DNA of 57,830 nucleotides, the filler included, from Sphacelaria rigidula (Eukaryota): assembly GCA_964200075.2 (NCBI GenBank). It is 7 parts of 7 records of this genome, joined end to end, with 100 filler letters (N's around TTAATTAATTAA, not from the genome) between each part and the next. Parts side by side here need not be neighbours in the genome. Positions count along the whole stretch, not along the records: positions 1 to 8,176 come from CAXNAA020012016.1; positions 8,277 to 16,452 come from CAXNAA020012017.1; 5 more parts are not named here. One strand, 5' to 3'. Shown one piece after another: positions 1 to 11,911 of this stretch; position 1 is the stretch's first letter; every line of letters starts with the position of its first letter. The translations under genes and the position numbers were made by a program. The notes below the pieces were generated by a model that worked only from the letters and a program-made list of their open reading frames with translations, was not told where the DNA came from and ran no database searches.

Positions 1-331
1 AATGGACACAATCCCGGGGAGCGGTTGATTCTCATTTCAAAATAAGTTATCATTTTTCTGGCAACCCTGTTAGTTCGTTGATTGAAATGCAATTTAATAC
101 GCATCTCCTCCGTCTCATCTTTGGGTTGTTATGGGGAGCAGATTGTATCACTCCAACGCTGTTATTTCGGATGCTATAGGTGATGTCAATTCAAAGATGA
201 AACCGGGGGGGGGGGGGAACGATGGAACAACATATACTATCAACACACATTTACAGGAAATGTTTCCCATACCATTTTTTAGTAATCTATACATACCGAC
301 TTTGCCCATTTGATACGATTTTGCCTTGGAT

Positions 332-450
332 TCAGCTGTTTTCCGCTTTTTTCCCAGTAGAAAGCAGCGAGTGATCACTCAAACACGCTCCGACAATGCA
401 TAGGTAGCGCAGCTTGAAGAAGAACAACGCGGTATCAAGAGGCATTCCCC
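332..450 (-). CDS. Possible terminal exon of the LRR gene
   Basis: An AG acceptor at 451-452 followed by GG GGA ATG CCT is in phase with the phase-1 donor of the LRR exon at 3311, giving G-GMPLDTALFFFKLRYLC...ENS*. The polypyrimidine tract is poor and I recognise no domain. Confidence 0.25.
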
Positions 451-1955
451 CTATTTTTTTGTCATTCCGCCGTTTCTCCGCACTCCTTACTTCCTTGGCT
501 TTTTGTCCGAACAGGGGCGGATACAAGCCAATTTCAGGCTGACGAATGTTCGTCCGTTCGGCCGCCGGAAGAAATGGCAACCTACCACAAAAGCTCATGG
601 ATTCTAACTCAAACAACGCCCGGGGAAGGCAGCGAAAAACTGCATGGACTTGGACACCGACAATAGCCTGTGCGTACAATTACAAACACCCAGACTTATG
701 AGACAAGGGGGAATATGTGTGCATATATATATTGATGGAACATACGTCGGTTGAAACTTCAAGGCAGCACCCTTCACGTTTTCCCACTGCCTCGATTCAA
801 CTTTTTTTTCATTTCCACCTATTAATTGTTCGCGGTGTATCGTATCAACGGTTTCCAGAGAAGCGAACCCGAAGTAGATTTCGTACCCGACAAACGAACG
901 ATACATTTATCCATCCGAATGACAGGACTTGAAATCGAGTAGAAAATATAGGTGTCGTGTACCGTAGAGCACAATGTTTTTCGTCTTCCGCTCCATAACC
1001 GTCGCAAAACAAGGGCGATCACAGCCCTGAGTAACATATTGTCGGAATCTTCCGGCAGAGGAGAAAGTTTGACAGTGACACCATTGTATGTGAATAAATA
1101 TATCGAGGTTTGAAGCTTGTTCACCCGTGGGTAATCAAAAGATATGTTGCCACCTACAGTACACGGGGTGGTTGTGATCCATTAGGGCGGTTTTCTCCCC
1201 TTCGCTACGCTATATTCGTGGTTGTCCGTCATGAACCTCAAAGTTCTCCAGGTGGAAGCACGAACATCGTGACTGTTGCACATTCCATTATCTCCAGTCG
1301 TACCTCAAGCACACGGTAGCTGATATTTCGGGATATTTTGAGCACCTCCACGTCGAGGTATCTAGTGATCAGAGTCCAGAGGACCGACAAGTGGGTGGCA
1401 TTCGAGTGTACAACCGCCACATGTGCGTGAACGGACAAGTCGTGAAACGTATGGTTCATGGATAAAAACAGAGGTCAAAGCTGTCATGTTCACCTTATTC
1501 GTCCCTCACCCAGTTTGCGATACCTTTCAACTCATCGTCATAATGTGGACTTCCACGCACGTTTCTGTTCACGTACGAAGGTCGCTACAGTGCTCTATTC
1601 CCATCGCCAATTTCCAAACCCACAAACCCGACAAATAACATCTTGCAAGGGAGTAAGAGTTATCATGTCCGTCATTGTGTTGATACTGCATGCTGCACGC
1701 GAGTGTGCTCCCTTAATTTTTAAACATGTCATGAACGTCATCGGAACAATTCCAGGTGTGCTCTCAACCGGCTTGTATGGTCCGTGTCGCGACACATATT
1801 TCCCATCTTGTCACACACCGTATAGGTGCACTACTTCTCGGGGTGGGGGTGGTTGTTCCGAGTTATAAATACAAAGGCAAATGCCTCGTCTCCAGGTGGA
1901 GATATTTGTTGTCTCTTCTCTTCTTTTTTGTCAATTCCTCCCCTCTTGATGACGT

Positions 1956-2106
1956 GCTCCGTCTCGAAAGGGATGCGTGGTCAATGGTCAAATGACTAAG
2001 GCAAGCAACAAATGAGTCGANNNNNNNTCCGCTGTTAGGAAGGGATGGGGTGGGCACTGGTCAAAGATCTAAGGCAAGCAACAAATGAGTACGCCCCCCC
2101 CCCCCC
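1956..2106 (+). mobile_element. Two tandem short retroposon 3' ends ending in ATGAGTAC plus a C-run
   Basis: GCTCCGTCTCGAAAGGGATGCGTGGTCAATGGTCAAATGACTAAGGCAAGCAACAAATGAGT recurs at ~49215, 49656-49743 (-) and 50364-50432 (-). The pair is flanked by the direct repeat TCTTGATGACG (1944-1954 and 2110-2120). A 7-N gap lies between the two copies. Confidence 0.75.
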
Positions 2107-3310
2107 GCGTCTTGATGACGGAAACTCCAAGAATCTTCTTCGCTTGTTCCTCGGGCGTGTATTTCTCGGGAGAACGGCGGGGGGTGGAACTGACACTGGA
2201 ATTGGAATGCTCTTGGAGTATTGAGAAGAACCCAAACCGGAAGGTACTTCTCTTTGGATTTCAACGCAATAACCAACCTGTTGATTTCAAATTACATTGC
2301 GGCGAAAATTCCCTCTCATCAATGCCCTGAGGGGGTTTTCTCCCTTCCATGAAACGAAATTTCACAAGATACCGTGAATTTTGTCAATTCCGTCAGCGAC
2401 CCTCGCTCCATCCACATACATATATGCGCACATACACCAGTGCTGCTCTGAGTGAACGAACACACATTTTGCTGGGCTCATACGATGCCACGAGCAAGGA
2501 AAAAGGCACGCGACAGAGCGGAGCTTCCCGACATTGGCGAAATTTACCATGTGGGTGTAATTTCGGCCGAAAGTGTTGCAAGTCCTTCCTCTTCCCCCCA
2601 ATATCCTCGGCTACCGAGGTGGCTCGACACCGCCGCCACCATTGTTGTTTCACATTCCAACTCGTTTTACTTCGACATAAATGGCGAAAAAACAGAGATT
2701 AGAACTGCTTGAAACGGCGCAAAGAAATACCGTACGACGCAGAAGCAAGACGGCACCGAGCCATGCTACCCAACACGGCGGCTACATCTTCTTACGTTCA
2801 GAGAGGGACACGAAAGTCACGAAAGCACAAATACTACACCAACTGTTAGCTGTGTCACCAAGCTGTTGCTGACGAAGCATATCACACACAGTAAGCTAGA
2901 TCGATATCGCCAACCACCGGCGGACGCACGAAATGGTCTTTGCGCGACAGTGTTCAATATCCACTGTACCTCAACCCTGTGTTGACAACAAACGTGCACA
3001 TTACAAGTGTGCGTGAACGATCCTCGTATACCCCAAGCTGCATGCGCAAGTCGGGGTGCTGTCTCCGACATACTTGTAGCCATGACAAACGGGAACCCGG
3101 GCAAAAAACGGGGCACTCACAGCTGCAATTCAAAACAATCAGGCTGTCGCCCACAAGCCCCCGAAGGGTCTCTGTTATGCTTCGTGGTGACAGGGATACC
3201 AACATCAATATAGGACAAGGAAAGGAACCACACCTAGCTTCCTCGCCTGGTCTACAACTCATGGAGACTGCACTCCGCTCTGGTGAGGCATGTATGGAGT
3301 ACACACTCAC

Positions 3311-3382
3311 CCGTCAGCTCGTTGTCGCCCAACCGGAGCTCCTCCAGCGCCACAAGCTGGCCCAACTCGGCGGGGATTTCGC
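3311..3382 (-). CDS. 72-nt exon encoding one 24-aa leucine-rich repeat (plant-specific-type LRR, as in brown algal LRR/ROCO genes)
   Basis: cag|GC GAA ATC CCC GCC GAG TTG ... AAC GAG CTG ACG G|gtgagt translates to (G)EIPAELGQLVALEELRLGDNELT(G). It matches GxIPxxLxxLxxLxxLxLxxNxLt, is exactly 72 nt and is phase 1-1. Confidence 0.9.
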
Positions 3383-3491
3383 CTGCTTGTCAAACGGCGG
3401 AGCAACAGATGGAATTGGCCAACACTTTTACGCAACAACGAAACAACCATCAACTACAGACTACATACTGGGTACATGCCGTGACTGGATA

Positions 3492-4285
3492 GGGCCCTCC
3501 TTATCGAAGGGGATAATCCCCTTTGTCAAAATCCCCTTTCCAAAAACGACCGTTGATTGTTCGCTGCGATACCATCCCCCTAAAAAACTCCCCTCAACGT
3601 GCACAGAAATCCCCTTTTCAAAATGGGATTTTCGGACACCTCGAAGGAAAACACACGTGTCCGGTTGACCGGGGCTCATGCAAAGGCTTACCACACAGCC
3701 TAGCACAATCACAGCTGAACCTGGGGGGCTTGGTGGCCCCGCAAACCAAAACCACACAGCTCGAGCCGTAGCTAATCATCAGATGTGCACGTTGTGCGTA
3801 ACCTTGCTCAAACATGTTCAAAATTCATTGATCAATGATCATTTGTGTGAGACGCGCGCGCAGCACACGCTTACAAAACGGTCAGCAACGACAAGTTTTC
3901 GGTTGTTTTTGACACGAATGCGGCCGCCATTCGTCCAATACAGAACAGATTTCTGTCAAACAAATACTGCAGTGTGCAGATTACCAAGGGCTAGCAGTGA
4001 AACTTATGTGCGTGAGTGGTGGGTGTCTGTGCGTGTTTTTTCGGGGCTGGGTGTGTAGGTGTTGTGTTGCCTTGTGTCTTGTCTGCAGAATTACACAGAC
4101 CTTGGACGGTTTGGACTAACGACCACTTCTAGACCCGCCGTATTCCTCAGCCTGCGTGCAGAACTGGGTTCAACTCTGTGCGAAACTGCTTGTCGAGAGA
4201 ACTCGGGACTGGTCGTCATGGGGCCAATCCCCTGTCATAAGGGGATTGTGAAAAAGGGGATAATCCCATTCGTGAACAAGGGCCC
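3492..4285. mobile_element. Non-autonomous PIF/Harbinger-like TIR element
   Basis: Imperfect ~47-bp TIRs begin GGGCCC (GGGCCCTCCTTATCGAAGGGGATAATCCCCTTT vs GGGCCCTTGTTCACGAATGGGATTATCCCCTTT). The 3-bp direct repeat ATA flanks it at 3489-3491 and 4286-4288. Confidence 0.7.
3761..3998. mobile_element. MITE-like repeat nested in the Harbinger-like element
   Basis: Shares TCGAGCCGTAGCT...GTGAGACGCGCGCGCAGCACACGCTT...CGGTCAGCAACGAC with 41098-41280. Its right end (AAGGGCTAGCAG) is the reverse complement of the left end of that copy. Confidence 0.65.
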
Positions 4286-4620
4286 ATAGCAGCACAGGTA
4301 CATGTCTGCTCCTGTACATAAAATCGACTCTGTACCAGGGTCAGGTCACTTCGGTCTTCGGTAGAAACATTCGCCGACACCGTTTCCAAAACAATATACA
4401 AACTTCAGAGGAGTTGGGGCTGGGGAGCCGGTCGATACCGACTACTTCATTCTAGTTTACAGTGCGGCGAATCTAGTACTGGAGGAGTTTACGAGTTTAC
4501 TTCGGTTAATCGACTTCTTGGTGTCCAAGCGCCCAAAATGTGTCACACAACAACACGTGACGAGGCTGAATCTCGACGTAAGGGGGGAAAGGGAGGAAAG
4601 GGGGGGGGGGGGGGGGGGGG

Positions 4621-4707
4621 GAACAAGCACCTTGCGATGGTTCTAGTACCGTTGCTGGTACTCTCATTGAGTTGTTGGTTTTGATTTGATTGACAGATTG
4701 ATCGATT
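4621..4707 (+). mobile_element. Probable non-LTR retrotransposon 3' end with (TTGA/TTGAT)n tail
   Basis: A short reading frame end (EQAPCDGSSTVAGTLIELLVLI*) runs directly into TTGATTTGATTGACAGATTGATCGATTG and is preceded by a G-run. It is single copy in the window. Confidence 0.4.
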
Positions 4708-6825
4708 GTCACACTTCAACTGACCTCCCAGGGATCCAGCCGTGGTCACATAATGGCCGTACCCGAGACAAAACAAAGCTGACACACTCCCTGAAAAAGC
4801 AACAAAAAACAAAACAGGTGAAACAGAATAACAGAGTAGATTAGGGTCGTGTTCAATCAAAAAGATTTCCACTCGAACGAGTTCGTGCGGCGGAATTGAT
4901 TCATTGATAGATCGTTTTGCTGTGTGTTGGTCCGAGCGAATTCGCACGCGTGAAATCGAAAAAGCTGAGCGAAATTCGTGAAGCTTTACTTCTTCCCTTG
5001 TACTCAATACAGGCAGCAAGCAGAACAGGCAGTACAGACAGTCAGACAGTACTGTCTGCATATTGTGTGTGTTTCGTACAACATGCAGACGTGACGTGCA
5101 AAATAAGCGGGCAACGTGACACGCAGACAGCAAAGCTGTCCGTACTCTGCATACAGAAAGATGTGAACTCCTGTATGCACAGAGATTTGAACCACGTGCA
5201 GTCTTGAACTGCCTCTACTGTACATGACTGTTCGCAATTCGGTCGCCCATGCTCGCACGCAACTCCGTTGGTGGACTCCACCACAAAATGAAATGCCCAG
5301 GTTTTCGCCAACGACAAGAAAAAACATGATGCCAAGAGGGTGGTGGTGTTGATTCCTCATCACTGCAGCGTATGTATTCCGATGCCCGGTTCGTGATCTG
5401 TGCTGCAAGGTTGAGTCGGTAGCTGCGAATGAACCATGTGGTATTTGGCACGGTTGTGTGCAACACAAGAGTCATGTGCCCCCCTTCGGTCGTTCCCGCC
5501 GCTTGTTCTCGACTGAAAAAGCTACGCTCTTCTTTTTTTCACCCTGTCCATCGCGCGCGAATGATGACCAAATGGACTTGAGGCCATTTGAGACCATAAA
5601 TGCCGTGGACGTATCGGGTACGAGCTAACCACAACCTATTCGATTCGACCGCATGTTTTCGAGTAGAGGAAAACAAATATGAGACACGGCCTAGGAATGA
5701 CGAAAGAGAAAAAGGAGGAGAAGAAACGAAGAAACGAGGAAACGCAGAGAAAGAGGAACGAATAACAGAAATATGGTCGGTCTCTGCCACGAAGCTTCCG
5801 TGAAAAAGGTCTTGCGAACAACCACACAGTTGCAAAGGGGAATATGAGTGCATACCAAGATTTACGGGTGCTACAGAAAATAATACCGCAAGACTGAAAA
5901 TAAAGCAGCACGGTACTCGGAACGACCTAGTCCTGCAGCTTCGCTGCGTACCACCGGACGCGTGCGCGGGCTACAAGTACAGCACCACCAAAGAAGAGAA
6001 AGAAGGTTCGGTTGATGAGCAGAACGAACCCACAGAGCAGTGGTGGGTGGCTGCAAAGCTCGCCATGACACATTATCCATAACCGAAACGGGCTAGATTG
6101 AAAAGAAAAGGATCCAAACACCATGAATAAGACGTTGAAACCAAGGACCCCAAGTCCGTTACAAGACACAGCCAACTTCTTCCAAAGTGGCCGCGGATCA
6201 CAGGGATGCGCCTCCTCTGCACCAGCTCGTTTGTGCACTTGCATGTTCTTCACGTGCTCGCAGGCTACATTGAAACGTACTTTAACGAAACTCCCAACAC
6301 ACAAGGCAAGTAGACTACTGCGGGGGCTGCGGTACGGATCAGAACACATGTTACACTAGTGTACGACATTACCATCCCACCGAACGTACCGCAGGAAGCC
6401 GTCCTCATATTTCCCGTAGGTACAGCAGAATGTTTCGACCAACATAGGAATATGTCCCAAGTTTCTTCCGTTGAATCATGACGTACTGTGCTTGGACTAC
6501 AACAGAGCGGCTGGGTACACAACGTTTACAACATGAGCCAAAAATGTCGCAGTTGCGGACGAAACGACGTTGAACTTCGCCACCGTACACTGTAGCCCGT
6601 GTGATCCAACACACATACCTACGGCACGATACCTGAACCATGTACATCATATTTGTACAGCGGTGTTTGTGCTTGCATCGTGCGTACAAGGGCCGGCGGG
6701 ACAGTCCAACATCAAACCGGCACGCGACGGTCGTCGACAGACCTGCTTCCAAAACCGAGCACATACACAACAACCTGCCAGGCAACACGACCTTCGTCGC
6801 GGGACTTACTCGACTTTTGACTCAC

Positions 6826-6897
6826 CAGTTAGCTTGTTCCCGGTCAGGTACAGCTGCCGGAGACGACCGAGGCGAGCCAACTCCCGCGGGATATCGC
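6826..6897 (-). CDS. 72-nt exon encoding one 24-aa leucine-rich repeat
   Basis: cag|GC GAT ATC CCG CGG GAG TTG ... AAC AAG CTA ACT G|gtgagt translates to (G)DIPRELARLGRLRQLYLTGNKLT(G). It is 72 nt, phase 1-1, and splices in frame to 3311-3382 across a 3443-nt intron. Confidence 0.9.
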
Positions 6898-7671
6898 CTG
6901 ATCGGCGAAGAGGATCATACCAAGGACAGAACACGACCAAACCCATACTGTCACCAACCAACAGTGCCATGACCACTTCAGTGCCATTGTAAAACAGACC
7001 ACGTGTCGATCAAGTGCCGAACACGCCATCCGCAAAAAGCGGGAGAGGCGGATTTCGAATTAGGCACACCTACGAGCGACGCGGGTGACGACCAATCGTG
7101 GATACAACTGCTCTGGTGCTCAAGCGGGAACCTTTACTAAGATCAGCCGCAATATCGCAATTGACACAGACCTCATGCAGCAGGGAGATGTCCCAGTTAG
7201 GAGACACCGAGTCGACATGTACCACGTGCGATATGTGTCTGCCTCAACAGTAAACGGTACACCCAAGGTACAGCAAGTGCACAGCAGCATCGAAGGCGAA
7301 GATATTGTTGTTGGCGGGTTCAAGCCACGTGAGTGCGTGTCATGTCGCCTCATCGTATGGTGTGCCGTTGTGGATGTGCTGTGTGTGTAGTAGAGACAGA
7401 GTACCTAACCCCAGCAACATCAACGTGGTGACAAGCGCTGGGTTCATAAATGAGAGGTCTAGACTTAAACCCGGCCTACCACTTACGCCACCGGTACGGG
7501 GCGACCATCACAACAAACAATACATCACTACTTTTTGACAATCAACCAAGAACACGAACATCATCAGCGGACAACCAAAAACGCACTACTCATGGGGGGT
7601 GGTAGGGGGGTGCGTGGTATGCACACTCAGTACCCGACTAATAACTGCTACTAATTAAACTTTCCTTGCCG

Positions 7672-8025
7672 GTCGCCCCGGTAGCTCAGTTGGTGACCTC
7701 GGAACCCTCTGACGGTTGAGTTGTGGGTACAAATCTCGGAGCGATCTGGCAGTTTTTTTCACACAGTGCCCAACAGTGAGGAGCGACGATGTCGTGGGTA
7801 CACAAAATTCGACTTCATGGTCGACAAGGAGAAGGGACCGATGAATCTCTCTCGCGATAAAAATTAAAGCCAAACACCGCAGAAGGGAGGTGGAGAACTA
7901 GAACGGACAAACAAGAAAATCCTGTGTTGGCCTTCCTCTTGTGTGACGGCTGGTGCGCTCACATATACCGAAAGGTGTAGATCGGCGTCCGCGATATATG
8001 GGACGACGACGACACACAAGCACAC
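7672..8025 (+). mobile_element. tRNA-derived SINE, copy 1
   Basis: The head GTCGCCCCGGTAGCTCAGTTGG carries an A box and a degenerate B box (GGTACAAATC). The ~270-nt body is shared in inverted form with 8448-8773, and the tail is CA-rich. Confidence 0.75.
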
Positions 8026-8112
8026 GCATGACCAGCTGATTTCATCGATTGATTGGTAGAGAGTGAACCCCGAACACAGTCGGGGCATTAGAAAAGACTT
8101 TTCCACCATCCG

Positions 8113-8176
8113 GTCGTCCCGGTGGCTCAGTTGGTAACCTCGTAACCTCCTGATGGTTGCGTAGGGGGGATCGATT
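8113..8176 (+). mobile_element. tRNA-derived SINE head, cut by the segment boundary
   Basis: GTCGTCCCGGTGGCTCAGTTGGTAACCTCG matches the head at 7672. Confidence 0.7.
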
Positions 8177-8276
8177 NNNNNNNNNNNNNNNNNNNNNNNN
8201 NNNNNNNNNNNNNNNNNNNNTTAATTAATTAANNNNNNNNNNNNNNNNNNNNNNNNNNNNNNNNNNNNNNNNNNNN
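8177..8276. other. Artificial 100-nt spacer (N-run, TTAATTAATTAA, N-run)
   Basis: The same linker recurs at 16453-16552, 24729-24828, 33005-33104, 41281-41380 and 49556-49655, every 8275-8276 nt. Confidence 0.97.
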
Positions 8277-8447
8277 ACTGTTCTAGGCTTCAACCTCATC
8301 TCGGAGTTAAACCTCAATTCGCACAATTTGTTGTTACAGAAAACTTTTGAACAAACCCACCCACCATGTTGGGCCGGGCCTTCGACAACGAGACAACGAA
8401 TTCGAGACGCTTCGTACGGGGATCAAGGGTGACTACATCGCACGTAC

Positions 8448-8773
8448 TGTGTGTGTGTTGTCGTCCCATCTATACTGGTCGCCGATTTACACCTTTCGGT
8501 ATACGTGGGCGCATCAGCCGGGGTCACACAGCAGGAGAAAGGATAAAACAGGAGTTTCTTTTTTTTCGTTCTCCACCTTCCTTCTGCGTTGCTTGCCTTG
8601 ATTTTTCATCGCGAGAGGGGTTCGGCAATCCCATTCCCTCGTCGACCATTAAATCGAATGTTGTGTACCCACGACATAGTAGTTGATTTCCACCTTTTGA
8701 TACTGTGAGATTCGAACCCACGACCCGACCTTCAGAATGTTTTCGAGGTCACCACCTGAGCCACCGGGGCGAC
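8448..8773 (-). mobile_element. tRNA-derived SINE, copy 3
   Basis: The reverse strand reads GTCGCCCCGGTGGCTCAGGTGG...GGTTCGAATC (A and B boxes), followed by the same body as 7672-8025 and a (CA)n tail. Confidence 0.8.
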
Positions 8774-11700
8774 TGTACGTCGTGCAAACAGTAGGTGCTT
8801 TGGGTACCGACTGTTGCTATCTTTGTATATGAAGACAATTGTTCCGGACGCACAAAAAACAGCGGGCACCATCAGTCACATTGAGAGGGTGAAAACATAA
8901 GAACACCGACGTGTACTGCACACTTCAGTTCGTTCATCGGTCGCCGGGGCGGGAACGATTGTCAGCCCCGACTTACCCGTACCCGAGGTACCGGCCTAGT
9001 TGATTGCAGAGAATGAGGGAGACAGAGACAGATAGAAACGGAGTTTCTGGATTTTGAATTTCCACACGTATCTCGTACTGCCGCTGTGAGAGGAGGTATA
9101 TGTGTGAAGTCGCGGGGTGCCGTGTGCCACACGCCCTCAACACGTTGATGCCGACGTGTTCCATTCTTCAATGGATACGGGAGGGATGGATGCCTGGAAC
9201 ATCGAGCGAACCCGCCGTACGTCTGCAGTTGTTTAGTATAATTAATAGTGACAACAGTCACTGAAGAATTGGCCTCGATGAGCACTCCTTGTGGTTTGAG
9301 AAAAACATGTGTAAAAATTCCCATTTTTGATATTATTTATTATTTGGCGTCTGGGCTTCGCGTGATCCTCAAGGGAGAATGGCTTGGCGCTTCGGAATGA
9401 CTTCCTTCATTCGCGATACACACCTCGCAATTTCCATCTCACGCGGCGCAGAATGAGGTGTACATGCTTGAGCTTGGGTCGGACAAGGAGGGGATTTTTT
9501 TGTTCACTTTTCAAACATGCATACCGCAGGACAGGACTATACAAAGAATGTTTGCGCTCCGCCCTGAATTTCACGTGTGTTTTGTACGACTTTGAAGAAG
9601 AGTTTCGGGGGTTTGTTTGAGACTTCCTGGTTTGGCACAACGTCGACCTGACAGTGTGTGCACGCGAAATGAAAATGGAAAATTGGTCAACAAGTGCATT
9701 GCTGGAGTCTTTGCGATAATGCGTCAATGAAAACCAGTACTGTTACGAGTACCGTATCGAGCGATTCGGATCTATTGCACAACAGCAAGCCCCCTTTTCT
9801 TGTACAAGAAGGGCGCGCGGGGGGGGGGAAGCCCGAAGAAGTGCCAGGACCGTTCGACTGATCTTCAGACCACTCACACAACAGTGCAGCGCCCACAAAG
9901 AGGCGGCCGAAGACTTGAAGACTTGCTAGCCTTGAAAAAAAGTGTTGAATCATCAGCGCGTTTTCTAGCAGCGGGTTCACCCAGCAAGCATAGAAAAGGC
10001 CGGGCTCCGGGTAGAGTGAGTGGCTACACAGGATATGTGCGGCACGCAAGACGTCAACACAAACAAAGAACGAAAAGCTCTCGCCCCCCCCATCTTAGTC
10101 CCGGCGGCGGTAAACAACAGACACACAGACGGTAGGTATAACATTCTGCGACTTCCGTGTTTCCACCATGACCCTGAATGAGACAACCTAGCACATGCAT
10201 CACTTGACTACCCATTTTCCCCACCCACTTGCGCTTGTTCCCGAGGCAAAGTTAAACATGCGCCCAAGCGCTCTGCAGTCGGTACACACGGTCTGTACTC
10301 ACGGGGCATAAGGCGCAGGGGCAGGGGCCGCGGCCGTGGAATAAGCTGCATCGTCGGCGCCGGTGATCGCTGCGGCTCCTGCTTGCATTGGCATGTAGTG
10401 CGCAAAACGGCGATCGGGGAGTTCATCGCAAATTTGTAATATATACGAGGCGTTTATACGGCGGACTGTTCCTACAGTCAAAATCTACGGACATACAGTG
10501 TACCATGTGCCGCGTTCTACGTCTCTCGAGACTCGACATGCGTAAGGCCAAGAATGTGGAAGAGCTCGAACGTTATCGGGTAGTCATCAAGTCTGTCACG
10601 CAAGTATCACTCACACACGGCATCTGCAGTCTTTTTTTGGAGCCAGTGATGTTGCATCAACTCGACAGAGCACAGGCTCCGCCGACTCCCGACCCATTAT
10701 CATACAACGGATGCATTATTGAAGACCTGGGATACCAAGCAACCATCGGAACAAAGCATCGAATGCATATCCCAAAGCGACAGCAGTAGTCACGTCGGGG
10801 AACCGCCGCTGCTCTCCGATCAAACAGCTACGTCGGGTATAGGATTAAGCTGATTGCGACCCTGCAACCGCCTGGGTCTCCAACGAATCCCGATGCCTGC
10901 CTTCTCAGTTTCAAAGATTCAAGATCCATTGTTCCTCCGTGAATGCGTGCACATTACATGTTCATATTTCGGCGGGTTCGCGCGCGTCGCAGGTCTGTCG
11001 TTCCCTGTCACAATTAAAAAGGCAACGCCGACAACATACAACTCTACAGTTGAGAGTGCAGGTGACTAGACCCAGCACTCGACGATGGTGGTCACGAGTT
11101 CTACGCTGGCGTACCAACACGCAACAAAGCAGGACAACAGCGACCCTCTGGAGCGCCCCGTGCAGCTGCACCAGCAGAAGCTAAACGCTTCGTGTTATCA
11201 TGTACAAACAATACTGAGCAACGGCTCGTTGACACAACGTGCGCGGTTTCTCGCTCGGTCGTAGGACAGGCAACACATCCTGCACAAACGACCTGTGACA
11301 CGAACAGCATCGCATACGCCGCTGCTGGGCAAGGCCATCCCATGAAATGCGGGGCCAGCGGCGGTCACTGCTACCACGCCATTGTCATGGGTCTGATGGT
11401 CAAAAGCAAGCCACACATACAACCAGAAAATACACGAACATCGAAGCACACCTTTGTCGAAGAGAGTCTCCCCTGTTTCCATGGTCACGTCCCCTGCCTT
11501 CTGTTTGCCTCTGCGAAGAGTGTTCGCCATGTTCTGTATTTTTGCCTCGAGTTGTCGAGTATCTTCGGACGTTGATCTATCGCTGTTGTTTGAAGGGCAG
11601 CAGCGACACAAAACGTGAGAATATGTTCGGTTGGTGTGTGCTTTGCCGGAGATGATGTGAGGGGGCGGAAGAAAACGCCGGAAATGTTGGGGTGTAGAAA

Positions 11701-11911
11701 TTGTGTGACGGCAGGCAGGGTTCTGACTATCTCTCGGTGTTCTGGTCCCATCAATTACGGTATCTGCCCAGATCAATTCGGTTCAGGACTTGGACTTTGT
11801 AATTCCCCCGAAGTCCAAAGTCAGTCCATAGTCCGATGGTTGCGTTTCGCTCGGTTTGAACTTTTAATGGGAGATGCTACGACTGCATTGGCATCAGCAG
11901 AGCATACTGCA

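Noticed and set aside
2940..3668. 242-aa plus-strand ORF
   Set aside because: It is antisense to an LRR exon and runs through intron and MITE sequence, with no recognisable domain.
7672..7745. Functional tRNA genes at 7672, 8113, 8773 (-), 47285 (-) and ~56420-56500
   Set aside because: A/B-box-like motifs are present but there is no closed acceptor stem or full cloverleaf. The copies at 7672 and 8773 continue into a shared SINE body.
8221..8232. TTAATTAATTAA motif recurring at regular intervals
   Set aside because: It is an artificial stop-codon linker embedded in N-runs and has no biological meaning.
10303..10378. GC-rich candidate minus-strand exon (cag|...|gtgagt, 76 nt)
   Set aside because: The splice signals are plausible, but the peptide is low-complexity, the frame is ambiguous, and it lies in a different segment from the LRR exons.
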